Numbered from the whole stretch's first letter, positions 34,821 through 48,400 are shown. The stretch: DNA of 62,426 nt, filler included, from Hausera hauseri (GCA_046269625.1; 12 parts of 12 records of this genome joined end to end with filler, not necessarily neighbours in it), one strand, 5' to 3'. Translations and numbers: made by a program. Notes: generated by a model not told the origin, from the letters alone.

Positions 34821-36237
34821 GCCGTGATCGTGGTTTCACTATTCCCATCCCCACTTTGTCTAAATTTCTATAAATACCGCTGTGTAAGTGTCACTTATGA
34901 AAATGTCTCAACCAGATATCTTGTCATTTAAATTGAANNNNNNNNNNNNNNNNNNNNNNNNNNNNNNNNNNNNNNNNNNNNTTAATTAATTAANNNNNNN
35001 NNNNNNNNNNNNNNNNNNNNNNNNNNNNNNNNNNNNNGATAATCAAAAATTCATTTGAACACGTAAACGGACCAGCTAAATTCGTTATAACTTCTTTAAT
35101 TTCTAACCAAAGTTAATCCGATTTTGTTTCTTCTCAATACCGTTCGAACAAATTCTGACACGCTTACGGTATTCCGTTGGTTCTAAAAAATTCCTTTCGC
35201 TGATTTTCTCCATAATTTTGTTCAACAAGTCTGTTCATCTTTCCGGGAATTCACGAGCGGCAATCGTCACTGATTCCGATAGTTGATCGTCGATTTACTA
35301 CTGAACATAAGATCGGCGACATGTTTTCGAACGTAAACTCGATCGTTTTCGGAAATAACATCGTCAATATTGTCATCTACTTTCCAATTGTGTTTGACAA
35401 AATTCTTCAATGGAATTCTAGAAGAAATTTTAACGTTCTGATTACATTCACTGGCGATAATTTGGAAGATTGCTTCGGTAAAATTGTTGAATTTTTTTCA
35501 TTTGAAATAACAATTCTTCGACTGGTTTCCGAATTTCATTTGACTGGCACATTGACAAATCCGATCGTTGGGATAAGTGGTTAACTGCATTCGACATTTT
35601 TAATCACTGGTAAAACTTTTTAAACAAAAAGTTAGATTTCTTAGTATTTAAAAAACATTTAATTAATTATTGTTAAATGCTCTGGTGAGTCCGATTAGCA
35701 AAATTTTATTTTTCTTACCCTCACAAATTCCTTTAATTTAATTCAAATGTTTGATCTAAGAATTTAAATGTTCTGTGAGCAGAGGGGGCGCGGGTTAAAC
35801 CCAATAATCCGCATCGGCTTAAGGGGCATTTAACGGTGGCCATTTCTCAAAGGCCGGGGTTATGCCTGTGATCGCGGCACTACAATGCGTTTAATGTATC
35901 CTTCTATAACTTGGAGCCTAAAGAAATTGAATTGATCGAAAATGAATAGAATACGGAAGTTCGCTATTAGTAGCATATCTATTAAAAACAAAAACAAAAA
36001 ACGAAGACGTTGAAAGTGACAAATTTCGGTTAGGATAAATTTATATTTTGTTATCTTTGTGATGTTTCGTTTTCCATTCACGTGATTTCCTTAATGATAA
36101 GGTGCCAAATTTATACATGAACACCGTAAAAATAATAAAATATTCAAAAAAGATAGTCGGAAAAAATTTTTATTCCAGTCAAAATTAATCAGAAAATTAT
36201 TTGCTAAAATTTCCAGAAAAATTCAAAATAAAGTTAT

Positions 36238-36493
36238 TTACTGAAACGTTGACAAATCATCAGAACTCAAATCCAGTAAATATGGTACAAAATAGCTGAT
36301 AATAATCGAAGCCCCTGAAAAACAAACAACTGAATATTGGACCACACAACAGATCATTGTTACCGGCTCGTTTGAAACAATGCATGGTCTCTAGAACGCA
36401 TTGTTTGAAATCAATTACACCCGATGTCCCTGCAGCATGAATCATAGAGTATTCCCCAGACACTTGGTAAACGGCAAATGGATAGTCCGGATA
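36238..36493 (-). CDS. ALAD: Delta-aminolevulinic acid dehydratase (porphobilinogen synthase), last two exons 36493-36364 and 36314-36238
   Basis: YPFAVYQVSGEYSMI...VLETMHCFKRAG / ASIIISYF; the 49-nt GT-AG intron splices in frame. Upstream exons not recognised. Confidence 0.85.
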
Positions 36494-38141
36494 CTGGACG
36501 AGAATTCAAATAAAGTATAACAAACGAACGAATGGTTCGAAATTTAACATCACAGGAACAAATTCTTTCACCTATTTTCAAGAGACCTTTAAATGAAATA
36601 TGGAAGACTAAAAACAGTTCAAAGATCTGATGAACATGATAAATATCATCCAGGCTAAAAAGTAGGAGGAAACTGAAAACACAATTAACTTTAACAGGAA
36701 TGTTAGATTTCTCGCAAAAAATGGAAAAACTGGAACATTTGACAATTCAGTAATTATTAATTGACAATATCGAAAAAGCAAATATAACTCCCCATTTCCG
36801 AACCACGCCGATTTTACAAGCACAAAATTTTATGGTGATTATTAACACCGGTGGGTGACGCTGCAATTGGTATTATGTTTCACCCCGTGGTTTGTAATTT
36901 TAATAAAATTAAATCGCGTATTATCCAAAAAGAATTTTTATTACGCAACTATGTAAACCCTTCACAGCTCATTTTTAACCGGTTCAGTCAAAGATTGCAT
37001 ACCTGGTTAAAGTACGATAGTCACACTCCAAGTAAAATGTCTTTATTTATTGACATTCTTCTTGGCCTGTTTTCTACTCTCGTTTCGAGCCCTTCTAACT
37101 TTTCTAGATGATACCTCTTTTTCTTGAAGTTTGTGATCACAAATTTTTCTCTTCGATTTACTCTCCGTCTGGCTGTAGATCTTCATTTTCGAGCAGTGAA
37201 TCCACAAGTGATTCCCAAGAGGACAGAATGTTTACATCTTTGGTGTTTTCAAACATGTGTTGAAAAATCAAAGCTTTTTACAAATCGCGCGACTTGAAAA
37301 TCACGTGATAGCCTAATTGCCGTGAATGTGTTAATGTGAAAAAAGTTTCAGTAGGCAAGGCTAAAATTACGCAATGGAGCGCTTTCAAATGTTACGTCAT
37401 TTTGCATTTCTTCAATTCAATCCTATCATGCAGAGGAGTTTCGAAATTCTGTACTTTACTTAACGTTCGACTTCAAACTATCAAATTAAAATGTTATCTT
37501 TGCTTGTAAACATTTTGTCAATATTATTAATTATCATGAAATTGTGTACTTGTATAACTAAGTTTCATAAAAAATCCGGATTATTACTAAAATCCTTTTG
37601 TTAACATTAAAAATTTAGATCAATTTGATCAAACTGATTTATAATTCAATCCAGATTAATTTACGATCGTTTGAACAACATTTATGATCAACATTAAAAT
37701 TTGATTTAGTCTACGCACTGTTTATTTAATTTCATTTATTCTGTCTAGTGCGAAATATCTGTTTTATTTTTCATTTGTAACAAAAACTGTATTGTAATTT
37801 TTCATACTTCTGAAAAGGGTATATAAACCCATTGTATTGGAATATCACTCAGACTTAGAAATTTCTTGAACCTTATATGATGATTGCCAGTTATAATAGT
37901 TGTAAGTTTTGTTGTGCTTTGTTTATATGTATTTTAAAGATGTTCTTTTTATCTTTGATAGTCTGATTATAACTTTATTAGTCTTATCTTGTTGATTTTA
38001 TTGATAATTACGCGTATTATAGTAAACGTTTTCAGTAATAAAGTATTGGTAGTAAGATTTTGATATGTTTATAAAAACAGGATCCCTCTAGTATTACGGT
38101 CATAAAAAATCGTATAACCACAAAATCCAATAAAATTAGGG

Positions 38142-38396
38142 TACGACACCAGTGTTCCTTCTGGTGATCGAATTCATTCAGTTAAAAATTCACTCTGAGC
38201 CGACCCCACAGGCGGCTCCTAAGATTGAATAATATTTTAGGCTCAGGAGAAGAGAAAACTCCGAGCTATACATACTGAGTACATACTGAGTACATACTGA
38301 GTTACGAGGCCAAAACTTTCTTGACTAAACCTTTAGTTCATTTAAACCTTAAAGTTACCACTGGTGCCCCAAGTGAGGAGGCACACTGGCGTCGTA
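38142..38396 (+). promoter_or_regulatory. LTR 3' part, tRNA-Met(elongator) primer-binding site (38362-38379) and structured leader
   Basis: ...TTACCA-C-TGGTGCCCCAAGTGAGGA is complementary to the recalled tRNA-Met 3' end (CCTCACACGGGGCACCA); gag follows. Confidence 0.75.
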
Positions 38397-38487
38397 TTCT
38401 TTACGCAATAAACGTAAAGCACACGCTCATAATACGATTTCTGCTACAGATTCGGCAAGGAGTAGTTCCGAATCTGATACAAATCCC

Positions 38488-39807
38488 GTGATAGATCCGA
38501 CCGAAAACCCAGAGATGCCGAACTCCGGAGTAGGCGTAAGTGTAGGCAATAACCTATCAGGAACTGTGGTGTTGCCAATGGAAAAATACGAGGGCAAACC
38601 TGACCAGGACTACGCAGAATTTATTAAGCAATACAAAATGTATTCTGAAACTGGACAGATGAGTTCAGGATGAAGAGACTTTTCTTGCATCTCAAAGGCA
38701 TGGTACTTAGTGCTTATACACAAATAAAAGACGAAAAAAATAAAGCTGATTGGGCTAGCCGTAAGGACTCCCTGGAAGAAAAACACTTAGTAGACCCATC
38801 AAGAAAAGGTCGAATAGGAGAGTTTAACAGAAGACGTCAAAGGAAAAGCGAAACAGTGCAAGAGTTTGCATGTGCCCTTCAGAAATTATCTCAGAGAGCT
38901 TATGCAGATGTTGATACAAGGGAAGATGCCCTCTTAGCTCAATTTTGTTATGGAGTTAACAAAGAAATTCAGAATTATATTATCGTCGCAGATCCGGATA
39001 CATACAAATAAGACGTCAGCAAGGCAAGAAAGATTAAAGTCAATTATGAGAGACTTGAGAATACTAAGAAACAACCTAAAAGTAATGATAAAAAACCGAA
39101 AATTTTCCAACAGAAAGCAATTTTCAACAAAAACCTTTTCAAAAATATTTGAATCAACCGGAACAGCAGAAGAAGAGGGTTTTGTGGCAAAACCAGCCTC
39201 AGAAATCTGCAATGAAAAAGCCTCCGATTAACCAAGATGGGCAGCCATTGTGTTTTGCATGTCAAAAATATGGAGATATGGCTCGCTCTTGTCCCAACCA
39301 AGGACAATCAAGTCAAAAGGAAAAGAATGTTGATATAGTTGGTAATATATTTGACACAGACAATGAGCATGAGATTACAGATACAGAGCCTGACGAAACT
39401 ATTGAAAAGTTACAGCAGAAGATTAGATCTAAACTAAAAGAAAGTAAAACCAGTACAATAGAAGAGAAAGACAAAATAGCTAAATTAAAACAGCTGTATA
39501 TTGAATTAAAAGAACAGCAAATTTTTGAGAGAAGACAGAAAATAAATGATGAGAATTCAATCATCGTTCCTGTTGGTGCTAAGCCTAAAAAGACTCTTGC
39601 GTCAGAATCAGATGTTGAGAAGAAAAAAGCCAAAAAGAAGAATAAACCTTTAATACAAGAGGAAGAATTAAAGACTCCAGAACCTAATTTACCTTCCTTA
39701 AGTGGAAGTGGAAAAGGTGAATCAAGTGAGGAAAATGAACCGAAGGAAAAGAGAAAAAGAATAAGAAAAAAGAGAACAAAGGAAAAATCCCAAAGTTATG
39801 AATTTCC
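38488..39807 (+). pseudogene. Ty3/Gypsy-like gag, disrupted and truncated by contig end
   Basis: KYEG...F...Y, RLFLHLKG..., RRQRKSETVQEFA..L..L..RAY, QF..G, degenerate knuckle CFACQKYGDMARSC. Contains frameshifts and a stop. Confidence 0.8.
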
Positions 39808-39945
39808 NNNNNNNNNNNNNNNNNNNNNNNNNNNNNNNNNNNNNNNNNNNNTTAATTAATTAANNNNNNNNNNNNNNNNNNNNNNNNNNNNNNNNNNNNN
39901 NNNNNNNAAAAAAAAAGAAATATTATAGGAAAAAAAGGGCCTTAC

Positions 39946-41935
39946 CTGGTTGGCAATGTTTCAATGTTGGGAACTTTGCTGCTAGTACCTGAAATTCACG
40001 ATCTAAACAAGCCTTCTGTTTTTCTGTCATGAATCTAGGCATAATTTTGTCCTTTTGCTCACAAATATTATCACTAATTTCTTCAACAATATTACCGACC
40101 AGTGAAGTCTGCTTCATCAAATCTTTTTTGGATTTTTTTTTGTTTTTTGTTCTGGAAACAGAGTCAGGTCTGTTGACTATATTAGGTGAGAATAATTCTT
40201 GCAATGTGCCAGATTTTCCGCTCAGTAAGCCTGATAGTGATGAGTGATGGACACTGTTTTCGCAATTCTTCCCACGGCACATACATTGTTTGTCTTGTGG
40301 AGTTACTGGTTTCACAAGAAACATTTCTTTATCTTGAGTAATATTCTCCTTGTCCTGGTTGTCAACTACAATATTTTCACTGGTGATTGTCTTTTTTCTC
40401 CGGACATTTCTGAATGTATACTTCCCCTCTGCAGATTTCACTTTATCAGATCCATCCATTTTCAATTCTACCTTATTTTTCTGAGGTCTGCCATAAGGGA
40501 TTTTCATGTGAAGGTTATTCTTTCTTTTCATTTCTTCTGCTTCACTATTACCACATTCGTCATAGCAATCCCAGTAATTTATGGTAGTACATATTTGTTC
40601 TTGAAACATGTTTTTTGCTTGATCACGGAGATTCTGAATATCATTATTTCCTGTCACAATCTCAGGTCCAACAACTGCCCCAATTTTCATCCTCCTTCTC
40701 CATCCAGGTTTAATGATTGTCAAAGGTACATTTACCTTGTCTTCAATTTTCACTGTTTTTTCTTTCTTTATCAGCTTCCTCTTTATAGTTTTATGCTTTT
40801 CCTCATCTTCACTGTTTTTGTGAGGACTTTTCAGGTTTTCATTACTTGTGCTGTTTTTGTTCTTTAAAGTTTCCTCAGCATTTGTATGTATATTGCCCTC
40901 TTCAATTTCTCTCATATTCCAACATACATTTTCCATTTTCTTTGTTCTTTTGCTGCCTTGTGAATAAACTGCACTCCTTTTTCTGTTATCAGAAGTTGAC
41001 TTTTTGTCACTGTCAGATCTGTTCCGTTTTCTCAAGACACGCAAATCAACACATTTCTCAACCTCTTCCGATTCTTTTAACATATTTGAGGGCCTTGGCA
41101 AATCTGAACAGATGTCATTTTCTCTGCCACGTTCAACAGATAGCCTGGATTTCATAGTTCTGAGTTTTTCATCTCCAGGCTCAGCAAAACTATTTTTATC
41201 ACAGTCAAGAAATGCAACCTTGTTGGCCGGACACTTTTTTACAAAGTTTTCTGCATTGTAGACACTGACTTTGTGATTAGCATGCATTTTTAAAATGAAC
41301 TCATTTCTTGCTACTTTGTTTTGATTCGTGGATGCATCATCCGTTTCAACTTTCTCTGCACATGAGGCTTCACCTAAAACAACAGGCATTTTCTTTTTCA
41401 TTGCTTGCCATTCATCTGACTGGACATGCTTAGAATTAACCTTTTTTCTATACAAAGAACGTTTTTGTGCAACCTGTTTCTTCCTTTTATCTACTTCAAC
41501 AATCCCAGCCATCAGTCTTCCATCAAAGACAACATCTATATCATCTTCCAATTCTTCAGAGAATGTTGAAAGAAAGGGTAAGTAAGCCAAGCAGGACTTC
41601 AGTAACAGAGCAGATGCCACCACAGAACCAGACTTTGCAAGCCCCTCCATCTTCTTGCCTTCTCTCTCGACAATGTCTAGCAAATTCTGAACTTCGTATA
41701 CTTCCGCTTTGTCATGTTTCTCATTATTTCTGAAGTATAGGTTTTGAAACTTTAGTTCTGCGAGCTGGTATACAGCATCCAAAATAATTTTGCTGCTAAC
41801 ACTGCTGCTATGGGGATTTCTGTTTAGATTCAAGCTACCTCCTCTGTGTGACATACTGAGCTGCTTGCCCGAGTTTATGGAAACTTGGAGAACACAGACA
41901 GCCAAACTCACATGTGTTTTATTTCTCCATAAAAT
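39946..41935 (-). CDS. Large internal exon (~660 codons) of an unidentified K/E/S-rich protein
   Basis: Open for 2 kb and bounded by a TTTACAG acceptor and a GTAAGG donor. No domain recognised. Confidence 0.55.
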
Positions 41936-42156
41936 CTGTAAAGACAAAATTTAAATGTTCTTAATGACCTGAGCAAGTTTTTTTTTCTGTGGAAAAAATA
42001 TATTAGTAATTCTTTACACAAAATGTGTGTGATGTTCAATTATATTGAGCAATAGATCAAGAACGTAATCATTGCATAGGTTATTTCAAAGAAAAGAACC
42101 AGCACAGTAAAACTCAAGGACAAGAATTCACATTAGCATTATCAAACAGATTTCTA

Positions 42157-42419
42157 CAGACTTATGTACCACATGTTCAACAGACTAAAGATAGGGACCA
42201 CTGATCAATGTGACTGCGGTACTGAGAAAATGACAGCTGAACACCTAATGCAGGATTTCCCATTATACGAGGAACAGAGAAAGCTTCTGTGGCCGTCCCT
42301 GGTGACCATCAAAGACAAGCTGTATGGAGGAGCTGATGACTTCATGATGATAGCTGCTTTCCAAAAAATTTCAACTTGACATCTGAAGGCGTACGAAAAA
42401 GAATAAAATTAAAAAAAAA
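42157..42419 (+). mobile_element. 5'-truncated non-LTR retrotransposon 3' end
   Basis: C-terminal Zn motif CDCG...TAEHLMQ.(C>F)PLY...W...KLYG, A-rich tail, and candidate target-site duplication AGATTTCTA at 42148-42156 and 42420-42428. Confidence 0.75.
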
Positions 42420-44135
42420 AGATTTCTAGCTCTATGAGAATCTAGCAGATGGATTAACAGAAATGCAGTGACAAAGGAATCATTTATAGGAACAGCTTAA
42501 AAGAAAAACCTAGGAAAAGAAATCATACAAAAACTGGCTATAATAGAAAGGTGAAGAGACTAAGACCTCAAAAGTAACAGAAAGAATACAATGAAAAGAA
42601 GAAACAAGTTAAGATAAAAGTCAGAAACGATAAAGGACAAGAGGATGCAGACTAAAACAAAGTTCTACAACTCAGCTAACTCTTATACAGTGTTTCAGTG
42701 GTTAAGAAAGTTTAAAAGTAAATAGTCCACACTGTTATTTTTGACATGATATCCCATGGGCACATGATTTTTGTTTACGTTAATTTCATTATTTAAGTTA
42801 CTTTTGACATGACATCCCAGGGGAACAAGAGAAAGGGGTCCTTTGGTGGACATAGTTATCATGATGCAGCCTAGCCAGCTAAAATAGCCAACGCACACCA
42901 CCAACATTTACACACCCTCCTGGGAAATTAGAAAGTTGCCTCAAATCCCATGCAGGTTAAATTGCATACAGAAAAGTGCAGCTTAGCAACCGATCCATAA
43001 CCGCAATGCTTTATATGAACAGGAAAGACATGTTTGCATGAATGTCATAAAACAGAGACTATAGGACATTCATTACTGTTAAGAAATTTTAAATTTAACT
43101 AAGAAATTTGTACATGGCTGCTTATCCAGTGCATACTGTATCATGGATGGAAGTGCATGACTGCTGATAATTGTAATTACGTCTAGTCTGTGATGAGTCA
43201 CGCAGGCTATTTAAAAATTACATTCAATTTAAATGCTAGAGTCTAGACATGCACTTAACAATATAATAATTATGCTCATATTTGTAAGCTGCCACAAATA
43301 TAGCCCAATATTTTTTTTTTATATTTATTCAATTTCAAACAATTCAGTGAAAACAGCTGCACTTGTTAGTTATACATTACATTCTATTACTGTCCTAACC
43401 TTCACGTATTTTCTTGGTTTAGAAAGATTATTTAAGTGGAACAATTTGAGTTTCAAGTCAAATTTTCAAAAGTCGAAAAATTACAACTTTTGAAATTCAT
43501 AAATTTCTGGGGGGTTTTCCTAGAAAATTTCTAAGTAATATTTGTTTTTTGAAGCAGATTTACTCTTTTTTACTTCCTAACTACAATGGCTTTAATACGC
43601 CGTCATACTGAACAGAAGACCAGGTGAATTATTTTTGCCCTGTCTGAGTCTTCCAGTTCTTCCTATTTTAGCCTGATTAGTTTAATTTATTTCATTTGGG
43701 GTCTGAATTAACTGCATTTTTTTTTCATGGGATACCATTTTTACTTGAACATAAGACTAAGACAGATTTGGTTATTAAGTCTGTAATATTTGATAGATAT
43801 TGAAACAAAAAGTCCTGACAACAGAACATGGAAGTAGTAGAGGGATATAGTTTGGACATTAGGGGAAATATTGTTTCACTAACACTGCAAGTTTTGGGGT
43901 TTCTAAAGTGTGTGATGGATGTGATGGATGATACAAAGGACACTCACTGCGCATAGACTGAACAGCTCCCAGGGGAGTTGGTAAAGTACTTCCTGTCACT
44001 CCAACACCCCATTGTGTCATATTTTCACTCCACAANNNNNNNNNNNNNNNNNNNNNNNNNNNNNNNNNNNNNNNNNNNNTTAATTAATTAANNNNNNNNN
44101 NNNNNNNNNNNNNNNNNNNNNNNNNNNNNNNNNNN

Positions 44136-47100
44136 TACCTGACCACTTACATCGATGGCGTACATTTTTGATCTCAACGCAACGAAACGGGTGATGATCT
44201 TCCCATTCACCTCGTCTTTAAACTTCCCGAGGACGTTCTTGTTGACGGTTGAGTAATTTGGATGATCCTTCGGATAGTCCGAGGTATCCATATACTGCGC
44301 CAATTTTGCACACTTTTCAAAGACATCATCTGTGTGGATCTGGTATATGAAACTGTTCGTGTCCATGTACATTAGCTGGAGCTCCTTGAATGTGGGAAAC
44401 ATGATGTTGTAATGAAAGTCATATATAAAGGTCTTGGATAGATTTAATATGGACATGCCCACATATATAGACTTGTTGAACTCAAGTGATGTCTTGAGCA
44501 TATGGATGCTCACCAGGTTCTCTGTGTATATTGTGCTGCTGTGGAAGTTGGGCTTAGCGATGAGTTTCTTTGCCCTCTTCCAGTCACATAGCAGCTCGAT
44601 GTTTATCCAGTTCCGTATATTCTCCATAGTTTTGCCAAAGACCGAGTTGTTATACAGCTTGAATTGGTCCTTTTCAAACTCGTTCTAGCCATTGGCTCTC
44701 AACTGGGTATTGAGGTCTATGTATGGATTCAGCCATTTGGACTGGCTGAGCTGCAGAGCCCAATAAATCCTGATAACTCGGAGTCCACTTTGGATGGCCT
44801 GTTGGAGATTTATGTAGTGGGCTACATACCTCTCCCTGTTTTCCGAAGTGACATAGCAACTTCTTATGCTTACCATTTGGCGGCCTCTTGATCTCCGGGA
44901 GAAAAGCCAGCTGCTCATGCCTTGTGTGGATGCTATGTGGGTATTCCACGTCCACCTCCAGTGTGTAACCCGTATCTCCATTGGAATCCATACCTTCAAT
45001 ATCCAGGACTTGCGGCTGCTCCGCCCATGGAAAGTTATCATAGGGCAATGGGTGGTTCGTTGCCCATTCATACACATTGTTGGCATCCAGGTATGATATA
45101 TATGAGGATTCCTTGGATGAATCATAATCTACCATGTATTTGTTCTTGGCCTCACTGTACCTGTAAATGGCCTGGCAGATTCCGCCCCTGATGCCTCTAT
45201 TAATCATGAGGACTATATGGTAATCCTTCAAGATCTAGAGCCTTATGCCGGTATAGCGCGGCATAGCTGCCCAACTCAATCTTGGAGCTGTAAAGAAATG
45301 GGCTGGATTTAACTTGTGGTTCTTAAGGGTCACATCCCGGAAGCTTTCGAAAACATCAGTAAGCAACAGGACATCTGTGAGGAGATAGATATCACTGTAT
45401 TCCCCTATTATCCTGCAGTGGAAAGTCTGCCATACTCTTTGTGCGTGATCATAATCAGCATCGCTAATAAGACTGTATGACAACTGTCTATAGAAGTCCT
45501 TCTTGGCCGGTAATGCATCTTCATCAAGTGCTTTACATAACGTTATATAGTCATAGGAGAACATTCCTTTCCGCTTCACCAGGTCAAATGTGTCCGAGAA
45601 GAACCTCTTCGTCTCCTTGAGCTCATCAGCTGGAAGGTTCTTCACGAGGCTGTCCAGTGACGAGCTCATGAAGCGGAAGCTATCAATGAAGCGAAGTCTA
45701 ATGCGGCCCACATGCTTCACGAAGGTGGTGTACTTCTCACTATTTGGAATCACATCAATGTTCCCCTAAATATTATCCAATTCTCGAACAATAAAGTGTG
45801 AATCGTATCCACTAAGATTGTGGAATACCACTGCAACATATGTACATGTATTGCAGCGTAAGTTGCAATTGTTGCACGCTACGCCTCGGTATATGCCTGC
45901 AAAATGGCAGTGATCCCTGACATTGTGATTGTTCCATGTGAATGGCTTTCTGCATAAGTAGCATGTTAATGCTTTGCGCCATTCACATTTTTTTGCTGCG
46001 ACATCACATGTAGCCCTTATGCTGCTGCAACATGTCTTTAAGTTTGTGGACGTAATGTTCCAGATGCTGCATAAAATGTGCTGCTGCCTTTACACCCCTG
46101 TATATCTAGGGTTCTTTGTTCAGTCCTTTAGCATACATGCATTATGATGATAACTCATGGTACTGGTATGCTGTAATACTGCTTTGCTGTGGATTGGGGC
46201 AGCAACTGTGAACTGGATTGAGGATGGCCCCAAAGTCACAATATATAACAATCGGCACCTTCTGCATCTTCTCGAACTCCTTGAATTCCACGTAATCCTC
46301 CTTGGGGAATTCTCCTCGGATGAAGTAGTTTGTATTGCAGCAGGTCTTGTGCTCCTCCAGCTTTTCTGCGGCTGTGTCTCCATTAAAATGGGTAAAGCAT
46401 CTTTTGAATATATTTCTAGCTTTGATTTATGCTTGGATATTTGGGATCCTACGAGGCGCTCAAAATTCTCGATCCAGATGAAATGCCTCGTTTTTCCATC
46501 ATCTAGCAGGAACAGATCCCTATGATCCTCCACTTCTTCATTGCACACATGTAAGGTATAAAATTTGTCCTCCTCCAATCCGAAGATGTTGATGGAGATG
46601 TTATTCACGCTTTCAAATTTCACGATTTCATCTAGGCTCGACGGGAATGAAATACATCTGAAGTCGTATATGTGCTGCATTTTGTCATATATCCAAACTC
46701 GGGAATCATTATGTTGATCCTAGACTAGTTTTGACAAAATATAATACATGAAGCACATACTGTCCTCATTATGGACATTGATGCATACCTTTTTCTTAAC
46801 TATCCATTCAGGAAGCGGTATGTAGGAGCTGCCTCTCATGGGAGAATACTTGTGCACATGCACAAGTAACCCCTTTATTGTTGCTAAAGTCCAACCGCTC
46901 TACTTGTCCTGGCTTTCTTCGGCTTTGCAGATGAGCCTGGCATAGTCCTCTGTAATGAAATCCTTAATGTTAGAGGATTTCAATAGTGGTCTGTTCTTTG
47001 TCTTGAAGGCTCTACTAGACAGCTCTCGTTTGACATTGGTGAAGCTGGCTTCCAATTTGAAGTTCACCTTAAGGGCTTTCAGCTCCAATAAGTTGTTCTG

Positions 47101-47170
47101 GAGAATTCCTGCTGCCTCCGTCTTTGAATATTCCAGGAATTCATGGAGCGATATTTGCCCCACTGCTGCT
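44136..47170 (-). pseudogene. Protein-primed PolB of a Polinton with OTU-like and EndoVII/HNH-like domains
   Basis: SGW, RGSSYIPLP, INVHNEDSMCF, HFIWI, YCDF, CYLC...RDHCHFAGIYRG.ACNNCNL, FHNLSGYDSH, FIDSFRFM, GIRGG, YLDANN, KLYNNSVFGKTMEN, YMDTNS, GKFKDE. Stops and frameshifts present. Confidence 0.93.
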
Positions 47171-47384
47171 ATGAAGTATCGGTGAACTTTGCTCTTAGTT
47201 CAGCTACATCAACTGGCCGCTGTCTTTGGCTTTTTGATGGAGCACCTGCTGCTACTTTTGATATGCGTTTTAATCCTGCATCGGGCCTTGCTGCTAAAGC
47301 AGGCTGTGCTACCAAAGCAGGATGCTGCTCATTAAATATGACTTTTGACTTTGATGTGAAGTCAGTCAAATGAATTTTGTGAAC

Positions 47385-47709
47385 TTCATAAAACTATGTA
47401 TTTTCACATTCTGGGCAGATATAATAGATGATCCTATTGAATTTATGTCCATAATAGCTCCTCATAGTATTATGACAGTTCTGAGGATTGTGTATTCCAC
47501 ATGTGCAATACACGTATGAACTGCATCTTTGAATTTCCTTTAAAGTCGTTATTGGCATATTGGTTCATTTCTTTTTTTGACTTGGTGAAGGAAATTAAGT
47601 GCTGTTTCTGGACATTGTAAAAGTCTTTATAATTGATTTGGAACACTACCTTACATGTAGGGCATATATAATACTGATCCCTGTTGTATAGATGGCCAAA
47701 GTACTTCAT
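47385..47709 (-). CDS. Two tandem paralogous small Cys-motif ORFs upstream of PolB (second one disrupted)
   Basis: MKYFGHLYNRDQYYICPTC (start 47709) and MRSYYGHKFNRIIYYICPEC (start ~47466). Confidence 0.45.
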
Positions 47710-47964
47710 AATACTGTGGCAATTTTCAGGCTCGTGGATTTAAGCCAAACATTCTCTGTAAAGTTTGCACGTCTAAAAATCAACCAATTATTTTGAGGAG
47801 CACAATTAAAAACTCACTATTCGTTGAAGTGATTTTGGAAATAATGAAATATATTGACATATCACCATATACTGCCTCGCTTATTCATTGGATTTAATGC
47901 GCTCTTGTTTTAATGCATTAATTAAATTAAATACATGGCGGCGCCAACTTCAAATAGCCTTTTG

Positions 47965-48400
47965 CCCATGGGAATTCGAATGGCATCATTACATTCTTCG
48001 AATAATGCATGTTTGACCGAATATTCGAGTTAGAATAGCTAAGTATTTGACTTGTGAGCTCGAATTCGAATACCTGGTGCCATATTCTGATTCGTTATAT
48101 GTCTTCCTATCTGTGCCCGCTATTAGATTTATTGATTTCCGCTTCACTGGGCTTTAAATGCACATTTTGCTTAATTCAAAACATTGATTTTGTACCTATA
48201 TAGTACATTTTCATGGATAAGGAGGTATTCGAATATGACGAATCGATTGCCGCTGTTAGATTTTTCGAATAGTTCGATATTCAGTATGTGAGCCAAAAAA
48301 TATTCGAATGTCGAATATGACTTGAGATTCCAAATCACCATATTCGATTTCCTATCTGTCCTCGCTAATTAGAATATCGAATTTTGCTCCCTTAGGGCCT
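47965..48400. repeat. TTCGAA/ATTCGA-rich non-autonomous repeat
   Basis: Dense ATTCGAAT-type words; TTCCTATCTGT..CGCTA..TTAGA repeated near 48103 and 48349. Confidence 0.45.

Noticed and set aside
38269-38302. 11-nt triple repeat TACATACTGAG
   Set aside because: Absent from the sister copy at 58293-58523; most likely local slippage.
22348-47709. One complete Polinton spanning the capsid block and PolB
   Set aside because: The parts are on different contigs separated by linkers, differ in decay state and probably in clade.
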